The position numbers and the translations under genes were made by a program. A stretch of DNA of 64,000 nucleotides, from the NCBI GenBank assembly GCA_016930695.1, contig JAFGGD010000026.1, positions 114,904-178,903 on the forward strand. The letters are read 5' to 3'. Source of the DNA: Candidatus Eiseniibacteriota bacterium (lineage in GTDB: Bacteria > Orphanbacterota > Orphanbacteria > Orphanbacterales > Orphanbacteraceae). Numbering within the stretch: position 1 is the stretch's first letter; every line of letters starts with the position of its first letter. The notes under the pieces were generated by a model. The model was not told the origin of the DNA. It did no database searches and saw only the letters and a list, made by a program, of their open reading frames with translations. Positions 1 through 11,629 of this stretch are shown here, piece by piece.

Positions 1-13
1 GGGATCACGAACC

Positions 14-1558
14 ATGAAGTGTGTTCTACGGTTTGTCCGCGTCTTTTTCCCGGCCGGCGTGTTTTGCATCGGAGCCTTGATCGGCTTCGCGAACGCCGGC
101 ACGGATTCAACGCTCGAAGCGCCCGCCTTCCCCGTGGAGCATGGTCCCTGGCCGGTAGGCTACCGGACGGCGCTCACCTACGACGCCGGCCGGAGCTTCG
201 GCGCCCGCGCCGAGGTTGGCGGCGCCGTACATCCGGATCTCCGCTCGCGGCCCGTGCGGATCCATCTGTGGTATCCGGCCGTGGCGGGAACGTCTCCCGC
301 GATGCGATACGGCGATTTCGTCCTGGCCGCCGATCCTCTGGGTGAGCGGTCGCATGCCGAGGATGCGAAGGTTCTCGCCGCGTACAAAGCGCGCATGCTC
401 GAACGCGGAGTGGAGGAAGCGCGCCTCGACGCGCTCCTCGCGGCGCCGACCCGCGCCCGCCGGGACGCGGCGCCCGAACGAGGTCCCTTCCCGCTCATCG
501 TCTACGCCCCCAGCATCAATGCGGATTCCTACGAGAACGCCCTCTTCTTCGAGTATTTGGCCGGTCACGGCTTCGTCGTCGCTTCGTCCGCCTGTATTGG
601 CGCCGAAGAACCGGAAGTGGGGCGCGACCTCCGAGGGGCGCTCGCGCAACTCGGCGATGTGCGGCACGTGCTGCGATCGGTATCCGGGGAGCGATTCGTC
701 GATGCGAATCACGTCGGCCTCATGGGTTTCAGCTGGGGCGGGACCAGCGTGCTGCTCCTGGCCCTCCAGCACGCGGGGATCGACGCCGTCGTCACCCTCG
801 ACGGAGGTTACGCCTTTCCCCGATACCGGAGTATCCCGGAGGCCACGCCGTGGTGGGCGCCGCGCGATCTGCGGGCGGCTTTTCTGCATTTCACGTTGCT
901 CGATGATGATCGCGATCTCTCCTTCGCCGCCCGGAGCCTCTACGCGGATACGTGGGGCCGCCGCGTGCCCGGTTTCCGGCACGCGGACTTCGCGACCGAC
1001 GCGATCCTCAAGCGACGATGGGCGGCCGCGGATTCTCTGGCGGCGGTCTTGATGAAGGAGCACGCGGCGATCCAGCGCTCGGTCCTCGCCTTCTTCGGCG
1101 CCTACCTCGAAAAAGACGGCGCGGCGGCGGATCGGTTGAAAGACGAAGTGCCCCGCGGCGCCGCGACGGGATGGAACGTTCGGCCGGCGCTTCCGGCGCC
1201 GCCGCCGGCCGCGCAGTTCGACGAGATCATCGCGGAGCAAGGTGTGGACGCGGCGGTGGCTCGATTCCATGAGGCGCGCCGTCTCGATCCCGAGGTCGTC
1301 ATCTTCGGGGAGAATCGCCTCCTGCGCTATGCGGTGGAGTGGGGTCCGGAACGCGCCGAGGACATGTGGAAGCTTCTCGTCATCAACAACGAAGCATGGC
1401 CCCATTCGGCGGAGACGCACTACTGGATGGGCCAGGTCGAACTGGTCCGGGGCGACGAAGCCGCGGCGCGCGAGCGCCTCGAGACCGCGCTGCGACTCGA
1501 TCCGGAACACGAGCGGGCGCGGAATCTTCTCGCCCGGATCACCGGCTCCGGAGGTTGA
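14..1558 (+). CDS. Secreted alpha/beta hydrolase (dienelactone-hydrolase / PAF-acetylhydrolase-like) with a C-terminal TPR region
   Basis: N-terminal hydrophobic signal-like segment. GFSWGG nucleophile-elbow motif (GxSxG). C-terminal TPR-like repeats (YWMGQVELVRGDEAAARERLETALRLDPEHERARNLLARI). 514 aa with normal composition. Confidence 0.6.
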   Translation: MKCVLRFVRVFFPAGVFCIGALIGFANAGTDSTLEAPAFPVEHGPWPVGYRTALTYDAGRSFGARAEVGGAVHPDLRSRPVRIHLWYPAVAGTSPAMRYGDFVLAADPLGERSHAEDAKVLAAYKARMLERGVEEARLDALLAAPTRARRDAAPERGPFPLIVYAPSINADSYENALFFEYLAGHGFVVASSACIGAEEPEVGRDLRGALAQLGDVRHVLRSVSGERFVDANHVGLMGFSWGGTSVLLLALQHAGIDAVVTLDGGYAFPRYRSIPEATPWWAPRDLRAAFLHFTLLDDDRDLSFAARSLYADTWGRRVPGFRHADFATDAILKRRWAAADSLAAVLMKEHAAIQRSVLAFFGAYLEKDGAAADRLKDEVPRGAATGWNVRPALPAPPPAAQFDEIIAEQGVDAAVARFHEARRLDPEVVIFGENRLLRYAVEWGPERAEDMWKLLVINNEAWPHSAETHYWMGQVELVRGDEAAARERLETALRLDPEHERARNLLARITGSGG

Positions 1559-1886
1559 CGCGAAGTCGAATGAGGCGGCGGGCGCGATTCTCGTTTCGAA
1601 GCTCGCGGAGCGCTCTCTCCCCGTTTCGAGAGAGAGACGGGGCCTTGTTGCCCGATTCCTCTTCGCCTCGATACCGGCGATCCATTTGACATCAAGATCT
1701 TCTCTGTCTATGATCCAAGCGACTCCCACCGTCGGATTCGGAGAATATTGCGTGCCTGTCCGACCCGTCTTCCCGCGCCGCGGAATACCGACCCATCCAG
1801 TGTTCGACAAGGGATAGCGTCCGCCGGCCGGCGGATCGGCCGCCCACCGCGCGGTGGAGGTCTTCGTCGACGTCGCAAGGGGGTAA

Positions 1887-2219
1887 GTGATGACCGGGCC
1901 TAAGGTAGAGATTTCGAGGGAAGAAGCGGCGGAGATCATCGCGCGGCTGAACCGAAAGCGCCGGATCCAGATCGTCGGTCTCGCCATCGCCGTGCTCGCG
2001 ACCTTTCTGGCGCTTCTGTCGAGAGTCATGCCGATGGCCGTCCCGGGGCTGTCCTTCTCTTTCTGGGGTCCGCTCGCCGCCGTCCTGCTATTGGCGAAGC
2101 TGGTCCTGTTCTTCGCGGCTTGGCGCTGTCCGAAGTGTGGGGCGTCGCTGGGTTCCAGCTATCGCCCACGCTTCTGCCCCGGGTGCGGGATCGCCCTGGT
2201 GGATGCCGGCGATCGGTAA
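1887..2219 (+). CDS. Small membrane protein with C-terminal CxxC...CxxC zinc-ribbon
   Basis: 110-aa ORF with two hydrophobic helices and CPKCG...CPGCG motifs. SD-like aagggggtaag lies upstream of the ATG. No recognised family. Confidence 0.35.
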   Translation: MMTGPKVEISREEAAEIIARLNRKRRIQIVGLAIAVLATFLALLSRVMPMAVPGLSFSFWGPLAAVLLLAKLVLFFAAWRCPKCGASLGSSYRPRFCPGCGIALVDAGDR

Positions 2220-2235
2220 TTCCCGTTACACACCA

Positions 2236-2405
2236 CCGGTACCGCATACCCGACCTCGATTTGCCCGGGTACCGGATACCTCTCAACCAAGCGATGGTGT
2301 GAGGGGGGGGCCGGACATCATGATGTGCCGTTTCCCGGCGAAGAAGGTATCCGGTACCCTCTTGCAAGAGAAAAGGTATCCGGTACCAAGGTTCCATCCG
2401 GTACC
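2236..2405. promoter_or_regulatory. Array of five copies of a 13-bp motif GGTATCCGGTACC (two inverted, three direct) in the 5' region of the gene at 2590
   Basis: Copies read directly in the sequence at 2238-2250 (GGTACCGCATACC), 2268-2280 (GGTACCGGATACC), 2346-2358, 2375-2387 (GGTATCCGGTACC) and 2395-2405 (CATCCGGTACC). The region is non-coding in every frame. Confidence 0.4.
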
Positions 2406-2589
2406 AGGGTTCCCTAGGCGCTCATTGCGCGTTATTGTCCCCCATCTCCCGGCGATTCCCCTGGAACGGCCGCCTTTCCTTCCCTTATGCTTGAACCGGG
2501 TTACGACATCGGGCGAGTTTTACTTCACCGAAGCACATCCGGAAAACAGGGATCTCGCGTAAATGACCCTTTCGACGGAGGACGGGCCG

Positions 2590-3828
2590 ATGCATTTCCA
2601 TCTATTGAGCGATCGGGACATGCGCGCCATCGACGCGCTTATCGACTCCTACGGCGGCGCGGAGGCGATCGGAAAGAAGATCGCCGAAACGCGGCTCTAC
2701 AACACCCGCAAGCGGATCGCCGCCGACAAGGGCTTCGGTGAGATGCTCGAAAAGGCGGAATCCTACGCGAGCGACTTCCCGAAGCTCGAGGACTTCCTGA
2801 AGAAGGAGGGGATCCGGCCGGAGAAACAGGGTGTCTGCACCACCCAGGTCTCCGGCTTCCAGGGGGCTCGGGTCACATTCGATTGCATGCGGCGGATCGC
2901 CGAAAACGGCGACGTCCTCTTCCCGACCGAAATGATCTCCGTCGTCGCTCTTACCGAGCGCTACGTCTACAGCGGCGACCTCCTCGCCACCCTCGCCATG
3001 GCGGAAAACATCCTCGGCGCGAGCAAGTTCTGCTCCACCAACCTGATCGGCATTCCGCTCCCGGAGGAGCGTTTCGCCCGCATCGAGAAGGTGACCGGCG
3101 AGAAGTTTCACCGCCGTGATCTCGGCGGGGGGATGAGCCAGATCATCCTGAAAAACATGGGGACCGCCTTCGGCAACCTGGGCGGCGTGGAGGTGGCGGA
3201 TAACAACCACCTCGTCTATCTCGACGGGATCACTCGGGCCGCCCTCGAAACGGGCGCCGACTTCTTCCTCAACCCGAGTTGGTCCACCATCGTCGCCGCC
3301 TGTTACTACGCGCGCCGGATTCCTGAAATCAGCTTCAAGATCTCCATGCTTCTCTCGACGCAGAACGCGATCCAGTTCCGGATGCTGATGAACATCGTCA
3401 AGTCTTACCTGCGAGACGACGGCACCACGCCGATCTACGAGATCAACATCGGAAACGGGGCGAGCCCCGAGACCTTCATGCAGTGCGCCGATGATCTGAA
3501 AGGGGCGGCCGGGATGCCCAACATTTCCCTGACCGCACACCTGCGCATCAACCCGGACCTGGGCATGGAGAATTTCGACTGGACCGAGAACGCGCACAAG
3601 GTGCTCGACGCCGGTTACGACATGACCATCAAGTACGAGAGCGACGGCGCCTCGCGCCCCTACGACACGATGGCGGCCTACTTTCTCCCCGACGAGGAGC
3701 GGGACGAGAAAGCGGAGCTGATCGGAGACGTGATCTACCACAAATGCGTGCGCTGCGATCTGGACGCGAAGGAGATCCTGCGCCGAGGCCACCCGGTCCG
3801 TTACGCCGATATCAGCGTGCGGTCCTAG
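2590..3828 (+). CDS. Conserved hypothetical protein, probably an enzyme; family not recognised
   Basis: Long ORF with balanced, non-repetitive composition. GGAGGA sits 7 nt upstream of the ATG at 2590, so the ATG at 2563 is less likely. It heads a tightly packed four-gene cluster. Confidence 0.55.
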   Translation: MHFHLLSDRDMRAIDALIDSYGGAEAIGKKIAETRLYNTRKRIAADKGFGEMLEKAESYASDFPKLEDFLKKEGIRPEKQGVCTTQVSGFQGARVTFDCMRRIAENGDVLFPTEMISVVALTERYVYSGDLLATLAMAENILGASKFCSTNLIGIPLPEERFARIEKVTGEKFHRRDLGGGMSQIILKNMGTAFGNLGGVEVADNNHLVYLDGITRAALETGADFFLNPSWSTIVAACYYARRIPEISFKISMLLSTQNAIQFRMLMNIVKSYLRDDGTTPIYEINIGNGASPETFMQCADDLKGAAGMPNISLTAHLRINPDLGMENFDWTENAHKVLDAGYDMTIKYESDGASRPYDTMAAYFLPDEERDEKAELIGDVIYHKCVRCDLDAKEILRRGHPVRYADISVRS

Positions 3829-3837
3829 GAGAGAGCC

Positions 3838-4194
3838 GTGAAAAAGTGGATGCAAGAGTGGGACGGAACCCCCTACCCGGAGATGGTGCGCGGCCTACCG
3901 GAGATCGCCGTCCCCTTCGAAGGCGTGCGGGGCTGGCTCCTGCAGGGATCGAGCAATCAGGTCGTTTTCTTCGACATCGAACCGACCGCCCAGGTCCCCC
4001 CGCACTCCCATTGCGCGCAATGGGGTCTCGTGCTCGAGGGGGAGATGGAACTCGCCATCGGCGGTAAGCCCGGGGTCTATAAGAAAGGCGATTGGTATTT
4101 CATCCCGGCCGGCACGGAGCACGCGGCGTCCTTCCGGACCCGATGCGCCGTCATCGATCTGTTCGAGTCGCCGGACCGGTATCGCGTGAAATAG
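3838..4194 (+). CDS. Cupin-domain protein
   Basis: Cupin-like motifs (PPHSH...G, GDWYFIPAGTEHAA). GTG start preceded by AGGAGAGAG. 10 nt downstream of the previous gene. Confidence 0.6.
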   Translation: MKKWMQEWDGTPYPEMVRGLPEIAVPFEGVRGWLLQGSSNQVVFFDIEPTAQVPPHSHCAQWGLVLEGEMELAIGGKPGVYKKGDWYFIPAGTEHAASFRTRCAVIDLFESPDRYRVK

Positions 4195-4266
4195 GAGCGG
4201 CGCTTCGCCGGGCGGTGCCGACGGTCCGCCCGGAACGAGCGAACGCAAGCGACGAAGGAGGATACG

Positions 4267-5286
4267 ATGCGTCTGCTCTTGATCGGTTTCGGCACGGTCG
4301 GCCGCGGGCTCGCCGAGCTGTTGATCGGAAAGCGGGAGACACTGAAGGAGCGATACGGGATCGAACCCGTGGTGGTCGGGATCTCGGACATGAAGACCGG
4401 GAGCCTCTACGATCCGAAGGGAATCGACCTTGCGGCGGCGGTCCGCGAGGCGGAGGAGAAGGGGAGCCTCGCCGGGTTGCCGGGCGGCTTCGACGGCGAC
4501 GCCCTCACCCTGATCGGCTCGGCCGAAGCGGACTGCGTGGTGGAGATGACCTACACGGACATTAAAACCGGCGAGCCGGCCACGAGCCACGTCCGGGCCG
4601 CGCTCGAGCGCGGGATGCACGTGGTCACCACCAACAAGGGACCGGTGGCCCTGAACCTCCCCGCCCTGAACGCCCTGGCCGCGAAGAAAGGGATCCGTTT
4701 CCTTTACGAGGGAACGGTGATGAGCGGCACGCCGGTCTTGAACCTGATCCGGGAGACGTTGGCCGGCTGCGCGATCACCGAGATCAAGGGGATCCTGAAC
4801 GGGACGACCAACTACATCCTCTCCAAAATGGAAGAGGGAATGGACTATGAAGGCGCGCTGAAAAAGGCGCAGGAGTTGGGCTACGCCGAGGCGGTGCCCG
4901 ACGCGGACGTGCTCGGCTGGGACGCCCTGGGCAAGGTGACGATCCTGGCGAACGCCGTTTTCGACGCGCACAAGAAGCCCGCCGATTTTCCCTGCGAAGG
5001 GATTACCGGGATCAGCGCCGAGAGGGTGGCGGACGCCAAGGCCCGCGGAAAACGCTACAAGCTGATCGGCCGCGTGGCGATCGAGAAGGGGAAAGTGGTC
5101 GGCGGCGTCGGCCCGCAAGAGATCGATCTCTCCCACCCGCTCGCCGGAGTCATGGGCGCCGTCAACGCCCTCACCATCACCACCGACGCCCTCGGCGACG
5201 TGACCATCGTCGGCCCGGGCGCGGGACGGGTCGAGACCGGCTACAGCGCGCTGATCGACATCATCCATGCGGGAGGTGCGCGATGA
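4267..5286 (+). CDS. Homoserine dehydrogenase family protein (short form, no ACT domain)
   Basis: N-terminal Rossmann motif LLIGFGTVGRGLAELL. Central region GTTNYIL...A(Q)ELGYAE(A)VP(D)ADV(L)G(W)DA resembles the conserved homoserine dehydrogenase catalytic region. AAGGAGGA SD. Confidence 0.65.
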   Translation: MRLLLIGFGTVGRGLAELLIGKRETLKERYGIEPVVVGISDMKTGSLYDPKGIDLAAAVREAEEKGSLAGLPGGFDGDALTLIGSAEADCVVEMTYTDIKTGEPATSHVRAALERGMHVVTTNKGPVALNLPALNALAAKKGIRFLYEGTVMSGTPVLNLIRETLAGCAITEIKGILNGTTNYILSKMEEGMDYEGALKKAQELGYAEAVPDADVLGWDALGKVTILANAVFDAHKKPADFPCEGITGISAERVADAKARGKRYKLIGRVAIEKGKVVGGVGPQEIDLSHPLAGVMGAVNALTITTDALGDVTIVGPGAGRVETGYSALIDIIHAGGAR

Positions 5287-6704
5287 AGATGCTTCTCGAA
5301 GGCCGGTGGGTCGATCGGGACGAGAAGATCGAGGTCACCGATCCTTTCGATGAATCGGTGATCGACACCGTGCCCAGCGCGTCCCCGAGTGACGTGGAGA
5401 AGGCGCTCGCCGGCGCGGTGCGCGGTTTCGAGATCACCAAACGGATGAGCGTGTACGACCGGGCGCAGATCCTCTTCCGCGCGGCGAGGATCATCGAGGA
5501 GCGGGTCGAGGAATTCGCGACCGTCATCGCCCGGGAAGGCTCCAAGACGATCCGCGAGGCGCGCAAGGAAGCGGGGCGCTGCGTCAACACGCTCACCTGC
5601 TCCGCCGAGGAGGCGAAGAGGATCCTGGGCGAGACGATCCCCTGGGACTCCTTCCCGGGCGGCGAGAAGAGGCGCGGTTATTACTATCGCTTTCCCATCG
5701 GCGTGGTGCTCGCGATCACCCCATTTAACGATCCGCTCAACCTGGTCGCCCATAAGCTCGGTCCCGCCGTGGCGGCGGGGAACGCGGTGATTCTGAAGCC
5801 CGCGACGGTGACCCCCCTTTCGGCGATCAAGCTGGTGGAGGCGCTCGTCGAGGCGGGATTGCCGCCGGAGGCGATCCAGCTGATCACGGGCGTCGGGTCT
5901 CGAATCGGAGAGCCCCTCGTGCGGGACGACCGGGTGCGGATGGTCAGCTTCACCGGGGGCGTGGAGGCGGGGAAATCGGTCGCCGCCGTCGCGGGGATCA
6001 AGAAGATCGGCATGGAGCTGGGGAGCGATTCGCCGGTGATCGTATGGAAGGACGCCGACCTGGAACCGGCGGTGGAATCCTCCGTCTCCGGCGCCTTCTG
6101 GGCGGCGGGCCAGAACTGCATCGGGGTACAGCGGCTCCTGGTGCACGACGCGATATACGACGAGTTCAAGGAGCGCTTCGTCGCGCTGGCCAAGAAGTAC
6201 GTCATCGGCGACAAGATGAAGGAAGAGACCGACATGGGCCCGATGATCACGCGCCGCGAGGCGGAGCGCGTCGAGGAGTGGGTGCGCGAGGCGGCCGAGG
6301 CGGGCGCCGGGATCCTCTGCGGCGGCGGGCGCGACGGCGCTCTTTTCGAGCCGACGGTGATCGAGGAACCTCCCAAGAACGTGCGCATTCACAAAGACGA
6401 GGTTTTCGGGCCGGCGGTGAATCTCTACCGCGTGAACGATCTGGACAAGGCGATCGCCGAGGCGAACTCCCTGCCGTACGGGCTGCTGGCGGCGATCTTC
6501 ACCCGGGACGTGGAGACCGCCTTCAAGGCGGCTTACGAACTGGACTGCGGCGGCGTGATGATCAATGACTCGACCGACTACCGGCTCGACTCGATGCCCT
6601 TCGGCGGCGTCAAATACTCCGGCTTGGGTCGTGAGGGTCTGAAGTTTTCTCTGCAGGAAATGACCGAGCCGAAGGTGGTCTGCTTCCATCTGCCCGGCAT
6701 CTAA
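5283..6704 (+). CDS. Aldehyde dehydrogenase family protein
   Basis: ALDH hallmarks FTGGVEAGK and ELGSDSPVIV, catalytic Cys context GQNCIGVQRLLVH, and EPTVI. 473 aa. ATGA overlap with the upstream gene. Confidence 0.85.
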   Translation: MKMLLEGRWVDRDEKIEVTDPFDESVIDTVPSASPSDVEKALAGAVRGFEITKRMSVYDRAQILFRAARIIEERVEEFATVIAREGSKTIREARKEAGRCVNTLTCSAEEAKRILGETIPWDSFPGGEKRRGYYYRFPIGVVLAITPFNDPLNLVAHKLGPAVAAGNAVILKPATVTPLSAIKLVEALVEAGLPPEAIQLITGVGSRIGEPLVRDDRVRMVSFTGGVEAGKSVAAVAGIKKIGMELGSDSPVIVWKDADLEPAVESSVSGAFWAAGQNCIGVQRLLVHDAIYDEFKERFVALAKKYVIGDKMKEETDMGPMITRREAERVEEWVREAAEAGAGILCGGGRDGALFEPTVIEEPPKNVRIHKDEVFGPAVNLYRVNDLDKAIAEANSLPYGLLAAIFTRDVETAFKAAYELDCGGVMINDSTDYRLDSMPFGGVKYSGLGREGLKFSLQEMTEPKVVCFHLPGI

Positions 6705-6746
6705 TCGGTTCGGAGACGGGAAGGGTTTCGGAAAGGGCTCCCCGGG

Positions 6747-8659
<1,913 letters not shown>

Positions 8660-8663
<4 letters not shown>

Positions 8664-9115
8664 GCTTCCTCGTTCGATGCGCGCATGGCGTCGATTCCGT
8701 GGGCGGCGAGCAGCGGGGCGATCCGCGCCGCTTCCCGTATCGCGTCGTCGCGGAACGGCACGGGCACGCCGACCACGAGTATCTCGGGCGCCGGGTGGTC
8801 GAGAAGGTAGGGGAGGCAGCGGATCAGGTAGCCGATCCCCGCGGAGTGGCCGAAGGTCTCCGCGCCGGTTCGCGCCGCCTCCGCCCCGGTGGTCACCACC
8901 AGCCCTTCCCCCGGGTCGAATCCGATCGCCGCGTCGACGAATACGACGCGGTCCGCGCCCTCGACCCTCGGGAAGAGGTCCAGACCGGCCAGTCCGCCGT
9001 CCACCGCCTCCACCCCGGCGGGAAGCCCGTTCCGCGCGATGAGGTCGTACACGCGAGGCCCGGCGGAATCTTCCGGATGGTATCGGTTCCCGACGCAGAC
9101 CACTCGGTTCACCAT
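8660..9115 (-). CDS. [NiFe] hydrogenase maturation endopeptidase (HyaD/HybD/HoxW family)
   Basis: 151 aa. Family-typical N-terminus [18 protein letters not shown] and GVPVP motif. Immediately follows the large subunit. Confidence 0.8.
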
Positions 9116-9119
9116 CCCG

Positions 9120-10673
9120 TTAGACCTTTCTCCGCGGGAAGGATCGCCCGCCGCGGAAGGCGTGCACCGAACAGACCTGGCAGGCGTCGAAGGAGCGAAT
9201 CACATGGCCGAGTTCGACCGGGTTCTCCGTGTCCCGCACCGGCGTGCCGACGAGCGCCTCTTCCCAGGGGCCGCGAAGGTCCGCCGAGTCGCGCGGCGAG
9301 CCGTTCCAGGCGGTGGGGGTGATCATCTGGTATCGGGCGATCCGCCCCCTCTCGATGCGCAACCAATGGCCGAGCGCCCCACGGGAAGCCTCGACCGCTC
9401 CCAATCCCTCCCCCTCCTCGGGGTGCGGAGATGCCGTGTAGTAACGCTCTCCCGGATCGATTTCGTCGATCCACCGCCCGACGGCGGGGAGCAGCTCGGC
9501 GGGCCGGGTCATCCGGGCGAGCTGGCGGACGAAGGCGTTCGGGCCGGACGGCCGGAGCAGGTCCCGCACGAGCGGAACGCCGGCGAGAACGGCCTCGGCC
9601 AACGGGCCGGTCTCGGCGGGCCGGTTCCCGTAGCGGGGCGCCTTGACCCAGGAGTACTTCCGCCCCTCCGCGCCCGTTGCGTAAGGTTTCGTCTCGCCCT
9701 CGAACGGGTGTCGCCCCCCCTCGTAGTCTTCGAACCAGGAGTGGGCGACGTGTTCGGAGATGCGGGCTTGGTCGAGCGGCGTCACTTCCGTTCCCGTGGC
9801 GAAGCCGCCCGGGAGGAGGAACGGCACGTTCTCGCGGCGCCCCCGCACCGCGGACCCCTCGGGGATCGGCAGGCCGTCGAAACCGATATAGGCGTCGTGC
9901 CCGCGGCCGATTCGATCGAGCCCGATGTCGCGGGCGAAACGGACGAAGAAACCGACCTCGCCGTCCCGGTGGGCCGGGCTCTCGTCGAGCCAGGCGTCGA
10001 GATCACCGGCGGAACGTACCTCGCGCCAACGATCGATCGAACAGCCGAGGATGCGCTTCTCGTACCAGGCGCGGTAGCGGTCGAGGAGGTAGCGGCACTG
10101 GCAGATGTCGCTCATGTTCGGCAGCGTCGTGATGCCGCCCGGGACCATGTAGGAGGAGTGGGGCCACTGGCCGCCGAGAATCGCCACCACCTCCACCACG
10201 CTCCGCGTCTCCCGGATCGTCTCGATCACCGTTTCTCCGCGGAAGGGAGCGTACCGGCGCGCCGCTTCCTCGTAGAGAGGCCGGTCCCGATAGGCGGGAT
10301 TGACGAAGTCGGCGACGAACATAAGGAAGGCGTGCCGCATGTCGCTCTGCAGGTGTTCCACCGCGAGGGCCGTGTTCCGCACGCGGATCGCGTTGGCGGG
10401 CGGCCGGACGCCCATGATCGCTTCCAGCGCCCTCGCCGCCGCCTGCAGGTGGGCGGTGCCGCAGATGCCGCACACTCGCGGCGTCAGCACCAAGCCGTCC
10501 AGGGCGCCCCGGCCGCGGAGCAGGTTCTCGAAACCGCGGTACATCACACCCGCGCTCCAGGCGTCGACCACCCGGTCGTCCTCCAACTCCACGCGGATCT
10601 CCAGGTCTCCCTCGACCCGGTTCAGAGGGGTGAGGATCGTTTTCGTCTTCGCTTTTGTCTCCGTCGCGGGCAT
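9120..10673 (-). CDS. [NiFe] hydrogenase large subunit with a cleavable C-terminal extension
   Basis: N-terminal RVCGICGTAH (RxCGxCxxxH) and C-terminal DACQVCSVH (DPCxxCxxH), followed by a 13-aa tail. 517 aa. Confidence 0.9.
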   Translation of the reverse strand: MPATETKAKTKTILTPLNRVEGDLEIRVELEDDRVVDAWSAGVMYRGFENLLRGRGALDGLVLTPRVCGICGTAHLQAAARALEAIMGVRPPANAIRVRNTALAVEHLQSDMRHAFLMFVADFVNPAYRDRPLYEEAARRYAPFRGETVIETIRETRSVVEVVAILGGQWPHSSYMVPGGITTLPNMSDICQCRYLLDRYRAWYEKRILGCSIDRWREVRSAGDLDAWLDESPAHRDGEVGFFVRFARDIGLDRIGRGHDAYIGFDGLPIPEGSAVRGRRENVPFLLPGGFATGTEVTPLDQARISEHVAHSWFEDYEGGRHPFEGETKPYATGAEGRKYSWVKAPRYGNRPAETGPLAEAVLAGVPLVRDLLRPSGPNAFVRQLARMTRPAELLPAVGRWIDEIDPGERYYTASPHPEEGEGLGAVEASRGALGHWLRIERGRIARYQMITPTAWNGSPRDSADLRGPWEEALVGTPVRDTENPVELGHVIRSFDACQVCSVHAFRGGRSFPRRKV

Positions 10674-10679
10674 GATCCT

Positions 10680-11618
10680 TTATACCTCGTTTTCCCGGCC
10701 CAGGAGCCGCTCCGGCGCGGCCGCCGCCGCCATTCCCTTGTAAGCCATGTAGTGGGCTCGGTCGACGCCCTCGGGCAGCTCGATCGGCAGGTTTTCGATG
10801 TTCGGCGTCTCGAAGAAGGGCGTGGCCTGCGGAAATCCCGGCTTGGTGCAACCGAAGCAGGGAACGCCGGCGCGGGTCTTGGAGCTGCGGCGATTCCAGA
10901 GCAGTTTGTTGCATGGCCCGTGGGCGAGCGGCCCGTGGCATCCCATGTGGAAGAAGAGGCAGCCCCTTTCGCCGAACTCCTTCTCCTCCACGCGGTACTC
11001 GTGATACTCGTTTCGCGTGCAGCCCTGGTGGACCAGCATGCCGTACCACTCCGTAGGGGTGCCGAGGCGGTCCAGGTGCAAGGGGACACCGCCCACCAGC
11101 GCCGTGAGGGTCCCGACCACCACGGACGGATGGCATGGACAGCCGGGGAGGTTGATCACCGGCATGCCGCTCCCGGAGGTCCAGGAGTCGCCCAGGAATC
11201 CCCCCTTTTGATCGCGGGTGAACTGAACGCCGCAAGCCTCCACCTCGCAGCTCGCCGGAATGCCGCCGAAGCTGGCGCACGTCCCGACGGCGATCACGTG
11301 TTCCGCCCGCGCGGCGAGCGCGGCGAGAAGGTCCTTCTTCGGGCGGCCGCTATGGGTGGCGTACATCCCCGTACCGGTGGGTCCGCGGATGACCGAGCCC
11401 TCCACGCATAGAATATGAAGGGGAAGGTCCCCCGCCGTGATCGCGCCGACCGTTCTCTCACGCTCCTTCGCATCGCACGCCGTCATGGAAGGGTGCCAGA
11501 GAACGCGCAGATCCAGTTTGTCCAATACCTGAACAAATCCCGGGGAATCGGCGCAAAGAAGGGACATGGTGTCGCCGCCGCAGGCGCCGCACTGCAACCA
11601 GAAAAGATTCAAGGACAT
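10680..11618 (-). CDS. [NiFe] hydrogenase small subunit, no Tat signal peptide (cytoplasmic, group-2-like)
   Basis: Begins directly MSLNLFWLQCGACGGD, the proximal-cluster motif. GTCASFGG and PGCPCHP present. Medial and distal cluster ligands HMGCHGP...C...CFGC present. No RRxFLK leader and no C-terminal TM anchor. Confidence 0.9.
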   Translation of the reverse strand: MSLNLFWLQCGACGGDTMSLLCADSPGFVQVLDKLDLRVLWHPSMTACDAKERERTVGAITAGDLPLHILCVEGSVIRGPTGTGMYATHSGRPKKDLLAALAARAEHVIAVGTCASFGGIPASCEVEACGVQFTRDQKGGFLGDSWTSGSGMPVINLPGCPCHPSVVVGTLTALVGGVPLHLDRLGTPTEWYGMLVHQGCTRNEYHEYRVEEKEFGERGCLFFHMGCHGPLAHGPCNKLLWNRRSSKTRAGVPCFGCTKPGFPQATPFFETPNIENLPIELPEGVDRAHYMAYKGMAAAAAPERLLGRENEV

Positions 11619-11629
11619 GACCGCCCCCC

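Noticed and set aside
107-2029. 640-aa minus-strand ORF antisense to the hydrolase gene; also 2602-3855, 3895-5268, 5241-6689 (minus) and 7233-8615, 8889-11411 (plus)
   Set aside because: Arg/Pro/Gly-dominated, low-complexity translations lying antisense to well-supported genes. These are the open frames expected by chance at about 70% GC.
10003-11280. 425-aa minus ORF and 11804-12952 plus ORF overlapping the hydrogenase small-subunit and sensor genes
   Set aside because: They are in alternative frames of, or antisense to, genes with unmistakable motifs. Composition is RG/PG-rich with no domains.
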